A stretch of DNA of 45,828 nt, the filler included, from Catajapyx aquilonaris (lineage: Eukaryota): assembly GCA_000934665.2 (NCBI GenBank). It is 2 parts of 2 records of this genome, joined end to end, with 100 filler letters (N's around TTAATTAATTAA, not from the genome) between each part and the next. Parts side by side here need not be neighbours in the genome. Positions count along the whole stretch, not along the records: positions 22,967 to 45,828 come from JYFJ02005800.1; 1 more part is not named here. One strand, given 5' to 3'. Below the pieces are notes generated by a model. That model saw nothing but the letters and a program-made list of their open reading frames with translations. It searched no databases and was not told where the DNA came from. Positions 34,545 through 45,828 of the stretch are shown one piece after another (within the stretch, counting starts at the first letter, position 1; the number at the start of each line of letters is the position of its first letter). Made by a program: the position numbers and the translations under genes.

Positions 34545-37500
34545 TCAGATTGGCGGCAGTGTTTGTCTCTCATGTTGGCTCAGTCCAGGATGCCAGAAAT
34601 CCACAATCAGCACTAGCCTTGGCTGAGTGCCATTGTGCCAAACTTCATGCTCGAAGCTATCATCAAATACCAACAATCCACCTTCCTCCCAGCTCTTACT
34701 TGTGGCTCCCACCCTCAAACTGCAGTTGCAGCCTGGCCTCACCTGAAGCCCTAGATGTGCTCGCAGTCTACAATTGGTGGGTCCTGTGTGTGCCCACACA
34801 TGCGTGCCTCCCTCCATAGCACTGAACTTCACCTGTCCTCGTGTACAGGTGCGTGACTCTGGAAATGCCTCCACCAGAGAACAAGTGATTGGGGCATGCT
34901 GGCAGTTCTGGCGCACAGGATGCCCCCGGGCATACAGTTCAAACTGACCCCAACCACCAGTGTCCTTCAGGGACTCAGTTTCTGGCTGAAAGGCACCTTT
35001 GCTGAAAAGGGCAAGGCCTTCGGCACGTATTTCCTTCCAGCGTACCCGAAATGCTTCTAGGCTCTTCAGTACCCTTGTTTGTTGCAGAGTCCACCATGGG
35101 CGAGCTTCGAGGTGATCAACATTATAGAGAGAGCGTTGATCTGCAGAACGAAACAATCCTTTTCTTGCTCCATCATCATACACTTTTCTGGCTTCAGATG
35201 GTTTGCCAAGGCGCTGAAGGGCATCTCCAAGGTGGAAGAAGTACCTGCCATCTATGGTTCCTGCAGAACCAGAACTGATACCCAATTGGAGTAGGGCTGA
35301 TGCCAGTTCCAGATCAGCTGAAGTTGTAGCTGTCAGGAGTAAATAAATATTTTTTAGCGAGCCTATTATAAATATGAGCCTAGTCAGTATGACAGTTAAA
35401 TCTTCAAGGAAGGACCTTCTTTTTTCTATTTTCCCATGTTTTGGGAATAGGATCACAAAAGAAGTGTGCTAGTGCATTGTTTAACCCACATCAATTTCGA
35501 TGTGTAATGGTACCATGTAAATCATGGCTTTTTAGCAGAAATTGATCTGAAATGTGATTTATACAATGACACCAATGCATGGAAAACATACTGATTCAGA
35601 TCAGCAGCTAAGAATGCTTATGTTTACACAGGACAACGCCATGGCCAATCTTGATGATCATAAAAATTAATGTTATCACAAGTCTCATGATCTGACTCCA
35701 AAAACTCCTTACCTTATTCTCAGTCAACATTGCAATATACGGATCATCTGTCAAGGGCGCCGGATACCTAAGTGATTTTTCAGAATTGCATTCCAAGTTT
35801 GGCCGAGTCACAGGTGCAGCGTTCTCTTCACACCGCCAATGCGGGCGTCTCCCTGAAGGTACGGACCTGAAATTTTCACAGCATGGCGAGGAAGGACCAA
35901 TTGAGCCCCTGGCGGAGTTTCGATCAATTAGAATAATAATTGCGAGATCTACAAGGGGAAGAATTTTTAAAAAACAGCTCATGACATCTTGGCTCCGGAT
36001 TCAAAATTGGAAAATATTTCGAAAGTGTGCGATGGCAAAAGCTGTCCTCTCATACTCCTCCAAAGCGCGATTAATTTGGGCTATTGGTTGTTGCACAGCT
36101 ATTAAAACTGTTTCACCACCTCACCTCATAAAATAGGAGGGAGTACTTCCGAAATAAAACAGTTGGTTCCCTGTCCAGGTTGCCAGGGAACCAGTTCAAG
36201 CTAAATAAATTTAAAAAGCATGTGGGCAACAGGGAACCAACTGTTCTATTTCTGAAGTACTCCCTCCGGTTTTATGAGGTGAGGTGGTGAAACAGTTTTA
36301 ATAGCTGTGCAACAACCAATAGCCCAAATTAATCGCGCTTTGGAGGAGTATGAGAGGACAGCTTTTGCCATCGCACACTTTCGAAATATTTTCCAATTTC
36401 GAATCCGGAGCCAAGATGTCATCAGCCGTTTTTTAATAAATTCTTCCCCTTGTAGATCTCGCAATTATTATTCTAATGGATCGAAACTCCGCCAGGGGCT
36501 CAATTGGACCTTCCTCGCCATGAGACGCCCACATCGGCAGTGCAAAGAGAACGCTGCACCCGTGACTCGGGAAAACTTGGAACGCGATTCTGATGAATCA
36601 CTTAGATATCCGGCGCCAGTAAGGTTTACCACCTTCAACCAAATAACAATATGAAAACACTTCATGTGCCAATAATAATTCCTGTAATACACAACCTTAC
36701 TTGTGAAAATGTGACAAACATGCAGTTATTGTGTTTTCACATGATACCACCCATACGTCTCTTACAAATACCAAATCTTTGGAATCATATGGAGCACATC
36801 ATCAATTGAGAACATATATGTGATGAAATGAACTTTCTGTGAATAGAATGACATGATATGGACAACCTACCAGTTGTCTTGATAACAAATCCCAATTGTG
36901 CTTGGGAAAGTCCATCGTCTGGCCAACGCTCTAGTATCTGCTGAAGTAACTTGCGCACTTCTTTCATCTTGTGTCCAATAAGGTACAAAATGGCAAGTTG
37001 CTTCTTAGAAGAAAGCTGATCAGGAAACCGATGCACCACTTCCTACTCCCCGAAAGAAATTAAGCAAAGAAAGATTTAATTCTTCATTCAATACCTGTCA
37101 TGGTTCTGACTAAGAGTGATACTGTTTCTGCACTACACACCTCCATGAGACGAATTGCTTTTCCTTGCATTCCCCTGAACTGCATCCTGTCTGCAGTTCT
37201 CTCTGCCACTCCCCTCCAGCGCTGGGAATTTGGTTTTAGCAGGCTCAAGGTCATCTGGTAGGCTGAAATGCATTCCTCCAGCATCTTGTTGCTTCTCTCA
37301 GACTCTGCCAATTTGTCCAGAGCACGAGCCTTGCCTTCCCATGCACCAGGCGATTTGGGCAGGCGCTTCAGTATGCCCTCATATCGTTGTAGGCCTTTTG
37401 CAGGTGACTGTTGCCATGCAAGTGCCAGGAAAGGAATTGGTTGTTGGGAGAAACAGATGTTAGTGGCAACAGCACATGCCTTAATTATACATCAAGACAC

Positions 37501-40500
37501 ACAAACACACTTTAGCACACAAACAATCCATAAGTAAGCTCTTGCATGACACTCAACTCTCTGTCCTAATTTCCTGCTCAGTGATCTTTGTGGTGGGTGC
37601 ATGTAGAGAAAATAGGAAAGGGATTTGAGGCTGCAGATTATTAAACTGGTTCTTACTTTAAAGTTTGTAAGAGCCAAGGGTCACAACCATATTTTGTACT
37701 GACAATACACATATGTAAAAAATTATTCAACACTCCAATCTCAAATGCGATCAGTTTAAAAAAGGGGGGTTAGGCTGCATAAAGAGAAGTAAGTTCCATC
37801 TACAATAACACACTGGAGTTGCAGGTAATTTGCATAAAATTGTGGATTTCTAAAAACAATTGGAAAAGTGATGAGGAAAAAAATCCAGCAAGGTTCTAGA
37901 AGCCCCAGAAGCCTTGCTCTTCCTGTTCATCCTGTCAAAACAAAAGTAATTCGATGTAATTCTGTCATAGCCAGAAAATTTTATAATGGTACTCATGGAA
38001 GGTACAGGATATAATGGTGCGAGAGGCATTCAGAAAGTCTTGACACTCTTTTTTGATGTGAATCAAGTCTTTAAAATCAGATCAGTAACGAAAAAGCATT
38101 ACAGTCAGGGCCCCGCCAGGGGCCTGATGGTGGGGGCATGCAGGGTGCTTAGGGTCACCATGTATGTGTCCAGACTTTAAGGTCACCATGTGGGTCCCAT
38201 GTATTCACATCAAAAGCTGCGGCTTGTGTCCCCAATACAACCCAATGTTTTTTTGTCACAAATACAGGGCCCATGCAGGTCGGCACATAGGCACACATTA
38301 TCAATAGAACCCTCCTGGAGCCGAATGCATGGTGTCATGGGTGTGGCAACCTCTCCAGGCCCTCCAGGAACCACTTCTTGGTGGTGCGGCATACCCACTC
38401 CCCAACAACTGCTTCCTGTTCAACAATGCCCTTGAAATAGCGTCGGCGAAGGGGTTTTTTCATGGATCCGAACAGTTGAAAGTGTCTGGGGGCAAGGCTG
38501 GGGGAGTATGGCGGGTGTGGAAGCACCGAAAGGCAGACTCATGAAAAAAGCCCTTCGCCGATGCCATTTGAGGACATTGTTGACAGTTGTTGACTGTGAG
38601 CAGTTGTCCAGGAGTAGGTGCATTGCACCTCCAGAAGGTGGTTCCTGGAGGAGCTGGAGATGCTGCCACACCGGTGATGCCAGTGGTTTCAGCTCCAGGA
38701 GGGTTCTATCGATAATGTGTGCTTATCTGCCGACCTGCATGGGCCATGTATTTGGGGCAAAAAAAAATAAAGTGTCAAGACTTTCCAAACGCCTCTCGTA
38801 ATATAGTAGTGTAGTAAATGCAAACAAATCATGGTTGCTTCCTCTACAACCATGATACAATTCAATACAACAGATCTACAATGGGTTCTGGATCCAGTGC
38901 AAACTTCTCTGTCAAAGAATTTATGTTTCGTCCCAGTGTATTTCTTATAAAGGAAGCATGATCGGTAGCCAACTGGATGATTATGCTTTTGAGAAGTTTC
39001 ACCCTACAGGTAGCCCCCATTTTATGATGGAGTTAGGTTCTAGAAAGTCATACAGTGATAAGTCATAAAGTAAGACTTAAATTGCGTCAAGAAAAACAAA
39101 AGCAGCACATATTATGAGTTATGATTCCCAGGGTTTGCAGTTATGTGTTCCTGTTTCGATTTGTCTGTTGTTTTCAGTTATTTCAATTTTTTATCCAATA
39201 TCTCTCTCTCTCTCTCGCTTTTTAAAGACGATTTTGAAAACATCGTTAATGTAAAATGCTGCAAAATTGACCATTGCAAAACACGGGCTACCTGTATTTA
39301 AAACAAAAGAAGTCACAAGAAGTCAGACTTACAGCCATTAAAATGCGCTCTGCTTGCTCCAGCTCATCTTGAATAGATTGATCCTCTGGACTGGCATCAT
39401 CATTATCCTTTTCTTCCTCTTCCTCATCTTCTCCTCCAACACCTTCATCTGCATCATCATCAAGTTCATTTTTCTCAGCTCCACTATCATTGTTATCGTC
39501 GTCATCGTCGTTATCATCAGCATCATCGTCATCGTCATCATCATCACCATCATCTTCCACCACACCTACAACAGTTACATTAAAATGAATTGTCCCATAC
39601 CTATTGCACAATGTTTCATCATTCGTGTGTAATGTACGAAATATTCAAGTGTGTTCAATTGAAGTGCCCATATTGGTTAGTAATTCCTGGCTATAATATA
39701 TATACAAGCTGTTACTTTTGGTGGTCAACAAGTATTTTTTTTTAATTTTTAAATTTTTTATTGTACCCCGTTCTCAGGCCCTGGGCCCTTTTTAGGGGGT
39801 CAACTGGTATTAGCTGCGGGGCCCATCCCTTTTAATGGCTGCAGAGGGGCTGACCTGGTGCAAACATGGTTATATCCAAGTTATATCACTGACATTCAAC
39901 GAATGTTGTTTCAGTGGAAATGAGTTGCAATTCAGACATTGGATGTATAATAAAATTTGGCCTAATATTTAGCAGATAACACTTTTGATAACCATTAAAA
40001 GTGAAATACTAAAGTAATTCCTTAAGAACATACAGCCTAGTTCCCCTCAAAAATCACTAACCAGAATGGATACATCAAGTGAAATATTATTGCCTTCTCA
40101 TCAGTCTGAACATACAATAGATCCACACATTAGAGATGTAAACTTACATTTCATCTGGACATACCTGTTTTTTCCCTGTTTTTTCCCCCACTTTAAAATA
40201 AATAACTTTTCACATGCATCAGAGTATTTGAGGTATTTTAAGAGTGTATTTTATTGTCATTTATTGTAAAATACTAAAGTGGAACAAACTGTTGACAAAG
40301 TTGAATTAGTTAAAGTGAATGATCTGATATGATTGTAAACTGATTTTAACAGGTCATTCACTCTCTACGAAGCTTTTAAATTGCACTAGTAGTGGCTTGT
40401 AGGTGCTTCTGTTTTGCCATTGGCTATCCCTTTTACACGGAAATGTTGTGATGGTTGTATGAGTTTGTTGTACTGGGTTTATCGTGGTGGCATGGCTGCA

Positions 40501-43500
40501 TGGAGTTTCATTACAGAAGGATTCATTGTAGACAATTCTACTTGTGGCAGTCCCATTATACAACAGGTTTGTATTCTGAAAATAATGGTGAAATGTTGAA
40601 GTCATGTAGCATAAAATGTTTTCCCAACAGAGAACAACCTAAAATAAGTCCCCGTTGCACTTTTGTGACTACTTCATTATTTGTACTGACTGAAAAAGAA
40701 AAAGAAAACCAAAGATGCTGATTCAGTTCATTAATAAGAAACTTGAAAGGATATAAATTATTAGGGGATTGGTATTACATTACAGTGCATTTTAATATGC
40801 AATGCCAGCAGGGAGAAGTAGTATAAAAATAATACTGTATTCTAAGCACAAATAGCAATATTATCACAGAGATAAAATTTTGATGTAAATCATTCAAGAA
40901 ATGAAGGTTAATTTTTAGAAAAGTCCTACAAATGAAGCTGCCAAAATTGGAATCAGGAAATAAGTATATACTTCTTGGTTTACTTTCAGCCTAAGATTCA
41001 CACATTTGAATCCCTGTCCCGCCTTGTCCTATCAATGACAAGCTTTTCAGTATCCCACTCATAATAAGAAATGGTTTTCTGTTGAAGACACTGCTGCACT
41101 GCTTGGAGGTCATTCCCCTCTCTTCTCTCTCATGTAGTCCCAACCAAGGGGGTAATCACTTCTGTACTCCGGTGTAGGTACACCTGCAAGTGGTACTCCT
41201 TGGTACTCCTCAGGTACCTCACTCTTTATTACTCCTTAGTACTCCTTGAATTTGGTACTCCAGTGTACACTTTTCAGTCGAGTGATTACCCCCTTGGTCC
41301 CAACCTTGCACCAAATCACTACCACCTCTGATTTACATCCCTGGCATGGTGTTAAGAGAAGAAGAGATAGTTCAATCAAAATTTTTGTTTAGTAATAATG
41401 TGTGTGCAGGGATTGGTCTGCTACAAATTGGGCATTGTAAAACTTGACCAAGATGAGGGAAAGTGTACAAATGTCATGGGATGATAATTATGTAAAAGAG
41501 TGTATGTGTGTAGTTTCATTAACTGTATCCCAGTTGGGCCACATCCACTTCAGCTGGTACCCTGTAAAAGTTCCCCATATGGCATCAAAATGGGATGGTC
41601 TAGATGTGCCACCTAATGATGTCATGCCTATGTGGCCATTCTTGCCTACTTTTTGTCTTGCTCCTCAAATCCGTCAATCACTGTTAATTCCACACAAAAT
41701 CCTTACTAATAAATACAATAAATTTTTTAAAAACTTCCAATTACTCTGGTACACCCACCTTGATCCTCATCCTCTTCTCGTGAAGCTTCTACTCCCCTCA
41801 GGGTTGGTGCATCATCATCTTCTTCTTTCTCATCAACTTCTGGAGATGCAGCTTCTACTTCTCCCTGTTGCTCATCTTCATCTTGCTCATTCATTTCTTC
41901 TACACTCTCACCAGCATCATCATCTGCCTGTAGATATCTTAAAGTTACTCTCAATTCAACACCTCAAAAAAAGGAAGAAACTATTAGGTGCAGTCAATAA
42001 AAACCAAGCTGTATTTATTGTGGAAAAACTGCAGGACACGCAATAATGCCAATTGTCAGGGATAACCTTCAAACTTTAAAAAAAATTATGTGCATGTGCA
42101 CCTAGAGGAAGCAGGCGTTGCATCATGTAATCAAAAGGGAAGCGATCCATTGAAAGAGCCATCCAAGTGCAATCCCTGCATGCAAGAATGCCATGATAAT
42201 TCCTGCCCCCATACAGAAAATTTCATCCAAGATCTTGTGCACAAATTTTAATGGCAGTCCTCTACCATCCCCACCACTACAGTACCGACCTATTCCCCTC
42301 TGACTTTCACGTTTCTGGTGAATTGCAGAAACCGTTGCTTGGAGGCGGATTCCAGATGGACGATGACGTGGAGAAGGGGTTGCGGATATGGTTCCAGGAA
42401 CAACCCAAGGACTTCTATGAGCAGGCCATTGTATGCTTCGTGTCTCAGTGGCATAATGTCTAAATAATCACAGGCAATACTTTTGAAAAAAGTCAAGTGT
42501 TACATTGATGTAGCCTTCAGCCGGTTTTGTTTGACTGGACAACGCTTTTAGCAGGTCACTTCCCTTTTGATCACGCGATGTGATTATTGTGATCCCTCTA
42601 GCCGAACATGCAAATGAGCATAATTTTCTTTAAGGTTTGAAAGTTATCCCTGCCAATTGGCATTATTGCATGACCCATACTTGATCCACAATAAATATGG
42701 CTTGCTATTTATTGACTGCACCTAATGTAAACTGTAGTCACTAACATACAAAATTATTAACACAGAGCATGCATGTTTTTGCTGCCTCAGGTGAACCACA
42801 AATATTGCAACTCGCAACACTTTATGACAAACACAAAAAATTACTTCAGGACATCTACATAAACGCATGTACATGAACCTTTAAAAGCCCTAATGTGCAG
42901 CAGAAAACAAGTACATCGTGTACAACAATTCATAAGTGCCTTAATTTACCTCCTTGACTTCCAATCACCAACATATTGTGCATATTTTTAATGAATCTTG
43001 TAAAATTGTTCTGGACCTAGCAAGAACACAAATTTCCCTTGTTGCATGAGGTGTGGTTCTCCTGCAGAACAAAAATCAAACACAGTTTTGTTTATGAGAG
43101 TATGCAGTAAAGGTTACTCGAGACGGTACCTTCATATGTGAAGATTTTCTTTGGCTCACAGAATCAGTCTTCAAAATATCTGCATCTCCCACAGATTGTG
43201 GTTCAGTCACTGAGACAGTCTCAGTATAGTCAGTCTTCATTGGGCCTGTTTCTTCATCGGCCACTTCGGCAGGAGCAGACTCTGGAGGTGCAGCATTTGA
43301 GGAGGTACTTGCACTTGTTGCAGCTGAATTTGGAGAAGCATGGTTTGCAGCAGCTTGTGATTTGTCAGTCTTGGTTGGAATTGGCTCTTGTACTGCCTCT
43401 ATGGTTGAGGCAGCCAGTACAGGAATATCCTGGCCATGATCAGTCTTTGTTGGAGATGCCTCTTTCTGAGACAAAATTTTGGAATCAGTCTCGGTTGGGG

Positions 43501-44725
43501 AGGCTTCTTCTTGGCTTAACTCAACAAGGGATGGCTGGGGTGGAGTAGTGGGTGATGGTACACTCTTAGGTTGGGCAGGGTCACTATGGGCTGGAGGAGG
43601 ATGAATAGGGGAATCTTTAATTTTGGCTCTCAGGGTATGTTCATCCTCTTGAGATGCAGCATCTCCTCCTGTCAGTTTACTTGGGGTAACACGGGCTTGT
43701 TCAGTCTTAGTTGGGGTCTCAGCTGGTGGTGGCTTGCTCTGGGCAAATTCAGCTGGTGGTACATTAATTGGGCTGGCCTCAGCTGGCCCAGCCAGTGGAA
43801 CACTGCTTGGTAGCATCTCAATAGAGTCAGATTCAGGTGAAAATGATTTAGTTGGGTCCAGTTTAGCTGGTGGAAGCTCAGGTTGAACGGACTTGGTTAC
43901 ATGTGGCCCAGTTTGAACTTGTTCATCAAGTGATGCCTCACTTGCCTCAGCTGGTGACAATGTAGTTGAAATGGGCTTGGCTGGGACAGGCTCGGTTAGA
44001 ACAGGCTTGGCTGGAGCAGGCTTGGCTGGAGCAGGCTTGGCTGGAGCAGGCTTGGCTGGAGCAGGCTTGGCTGGAGCAGGCATGGCTGGGGCAGGCTTGG
44101 CTGGGGCAGGCTTGGCTGGGGCAGGCATGGCTGGGGCAGGCTCGGCTAGGGCAGGCTCGGCTAGGGCAGGCTTGGCTGGGACAGGCTTAGCTAGAGCAGG
44201 CTCGGCTAGAACTGGCTTGGCTGGAACAGGTTTGGCTGGGGCAGGCTCAGCTGAGACAGGCCTGGCTGGTAATAACTCCTCCGGGCTGCGCTCACTTTGC
44301 TGTGGCTTAGCTGGTGCAGCTGGGGCAATTGACGCAGTTGTTGTTGCAGTTGGTGCCGCTTGGATTGGCTTGGTTTCAGTAGATTTAGTATCAGAAGCTT
44401 GAACTTTGACATCATCAGTCAAGTTGTCTGTGTCACGAAAATCTCTACTTGGCACAGTTTTCTTTGCCTTCAGCTCTTGCCGGAATTCCTCAAGCTCAAA
44501 GACAATTTCTTTCAGAAGTGTCATCGTCTCTTTTGACATTTTCCCACTCAGTAGACCCTTCAACCTCTCTGCTAGTTTTTGTAGGCGAACTTGTGAAGCT
44601 GAATCCATTCCAATCTGCATCTTCTCTATCCTCTGCAAGGCTTCTTGCAATTTTTCTCTGGCCCTTTCATGACTGGTTCTTCTTTCCTCCTTTTTCATCT
44701 GTTTCTGCTTCTTCTTCTTCGTCAC
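34545..44725 (-). CDS. ASPH: Aspartyl/asparaginyl beta-hydroxylase, 5'-partial (N-terminal transmembrane exons not found in the window)
   Basis: Phase-consistent exons (minus strand): 44725-43130, 41927-41759, 39565-39333, 37407-37141, 37042-36871 and 35329-34545. Acidic region, TPR region (GKARALDKLAESERSNKMLEECI, DRMQFRG, GRYFFHLGDALQR) and 2OG-oxygenase domain (QRSLYNV, RGQVKFSAM, HVWAHTGPTNCRLRAHLGL, FDDSFEHEVWH, RLVLIVDFWHP). AATAAA at 34403-34398. Confidence 0.93.
35756..36617. mobile_element. ~860-bp foldback element in the last ASPH intron
   Basis: GGCGCCGGATACCTAAGTGATT ... AATCACTTAGATATCCGGCGCC. Arms of ~410 bp pair up to a short centre at ~36175-36230. Confidence 0.85.
38020..38798. 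mobile_element. Mariner-derived foldback MITE carrying transposase C-terminal remnants
   Basis: TIR CGAGAGGC..GAAAGTCTTGACACT at both ends. 38335-38526(-) encodes LPHPPYSPSLAP..FQLFGSMKKPL (mariner YSPDLAP motif). ~38250-38470 is inverted at ~38540-38760. Confidence 0.8.
41145..41296. mobile_element. 152-bp MITE with perfect 8-bp TSD (P-element- or hAT-like)
   Basis: GTCCCAAC|CAAGGGGGTAATCACT ... AGTGATTACCCCCTTG|GTCCCAAC. Internal gtactcc repeats. Confidence 0.85.
41984..42725. mobile_element. Mariner-type non-autonomous element with a transposase fragment
   Basis: TA|TTAGGTGCAGTCAATAA ... TTATTGACTGCACCTAA with long imperfect arms. 42251-42463(+) encodes YSTDLFPSDFH...WFQEQPKDFYEQAI...W, a mariner C-terminus. 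Confidence 0.8.
43970..44270 (-). repeat. Coding 15-bp tandem repeat (PAKPA-type pentapeptide, ~20 units) in ASPH
   Basis: (gcaggcttggctgga)n and variants. Confidence 0.9.
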
Positions 44726-45602
44726 CTGTGTCCAAAAGCCACAACATGCAACTTCACATGCAATTAATTTTCACTTCACACTCACCCTTTCATTAGTTGT
44801 GATCGTGACACATGCATTCCAAGCTACTTTTGAGTAATAAATGCTCCTTCAAAAGTCTAAAGAAGACAGGCAACTGGTAGGACAGGTACTTCATTTTGGC
44901 ACTTTTGTGTGGGAATGGTACATAATAGTGTCAACCACAAATATCAAAGCTGGGAATGAAACAGAATGAAAATCAACTACCACCCAGGAGTCTAAATATT
45001 AAATTTGCAATTTGTTTGGATTTCAAGGGTTCCTTGAGCAGAAATGTGCAAAAATTTTCATAGAAACTTCTAAAGGAATGGCAAATGAAGCCAGTTTCCA
45101 GAGTTGAATGATATTCATTAAAAGCCCGTGGATTTTAACAGATGATAGTTAAATACTTGTTGCACTGTTAGGAGATTTCTTAAAATGCGGCATTATAAAG
45201 GGTAATATCGTCAATTTCATTCAAATTAACTTTGCCTAACAAGGTGAGATTCAACCATTCACCATTATAGTAAAAATAAAAATAAAATTGCTACACTTTC
45301 CAAAGACTTCCTGTGTGGGTGTGTGTGTGTGTGTGGAAGTTCCAAGATAGAATGAAGTGAAATATATCATTCTCAAAATATATGTTCACTCTTTTCAAGT
45401 TGAGATATTTCTTAATCCTCATTTGCACTACTGTACACCATTCACACCAACAACCTTAGTGCCAAAAATAAAATACCTCCTGTATGTTCCCCATCTTACT
45501 GTATTATTTGTAATACTTGTACTTTCTAAATGTCTTCTACACTATTCATAGTGGGCCTGATGCTTTTAAACTTCAGTATTTTGTGATACAAATACCCACA
45601 TA

Positions 45603-45828
45603 CAGGGTGTAAATGAATTCAACCGACAAACTTCTCGGGGTGATAGAGGGGACCAAGACAAACATTTTTGACATAGGAAACCGTGTCCGGAAACGCCATC
45701 TAGAGGGGGTTCATAGACGAGGAACGGGTGGGCTCAGACGCGTCACGCGAGAGGCGCAAGTCGAGCGGACTGTTTTGTTGATAGATGGCGCGCAGTTGTT
45801 GCCAGGTTATGGCGTATCGCGTCGTTGT
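45603..45828. mobile_element. Copy of the 16341-16902 MITE family, cut by the window end
   Basis: TA|CAGGGTG...GATAGAGGGGACCAAGACAA...GTCCGGAAACGCCATCTAGAGGGGGTTCATAGACGAGGAACGGGTG. Confidence 0.8.

Noticed and set aside
35330..35456. N-terminal 42 aa of track ORF 34545-35456
   Set aside because: Intron read-through; the exon begins at 35329. The tails of ORFs 26173-27018, 29678-30316 and 43076-44725 past their donors are the same kind of read-through.
39338..39632. Met-rich and Ile-rich alternative-frame ORFs
   Set aside because: Off-frame and antisense readings of the Asp/Glu-rich ASPH exon.
43970..44270. CRISPR-like array (also 8540-8680)
   Set aside because: Contiguous repeats without unique spacers, no cas genes, eukaryotic context.
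43966..44402. Plus-strand GLAGA and QAWLE repeat ORFs
   Set aside because: Antisense frames of the ASPH 15-bp coding repeat.
7671..44725. A co-regulated stress/proteostasis gene cluster
   Set aside because: The genes lie on two contigs joined by a synthetic linker, so there is no evidence of true linkage.

Overview
Eukaryotic genomic DNA, AT-rich with spliceosomal GT-AG introns, most likely an arthropod or other invertebrate. It consists of two ~22.9-kb contigs joined by an artificial 100-nt linker (44 N + TTAATTAATTAA + 44 N, 22867-22966), so adjacency across the join is unproven. The left contig holds an intact small heat-shock protein gene (7671-8234, +) head-to-head with a decayed paralog (5280-5614, -). 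It also holds a ~7-kb tandem array of MATH-BTB (SPOP-like) genes with two complete single-exon CDSs and a third promoter/5'-UTR exon whose CDS is not in this contig. The right contig holds, all on the minus strand: eIF2B delta (EIF2B4), an upstream two-exon ORF for a predicted single-pass membrane protein that can splice in frame into eIF2B delta, and most of aspartyl/asparaginyl beta-hydroxylase (ASPH) with a large Pro/Ala-repeat exon. Introns and intergenic DNA are dense with non-autonomous DNA transposons and foldbacks (Tc1/mariner-, hAT-, PIF/Harbinger-, piggyBac-, Kolobok-, Sola2- and P-like), plus a tRNA-derived SINE and a possible Helitron end. Most short ORFs in the track are mirror-image artefacts of these palindromes. 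The best leads are a possible membrane-anchored eIF2B delta isoform, uORFs over the eIF2B delta start, MATH-divergent/BTB-conserved adaptors with charge-swapped loops, and a dual-frame ASPH exon. Exon models were read by eye and need RNA-seq confirmation.
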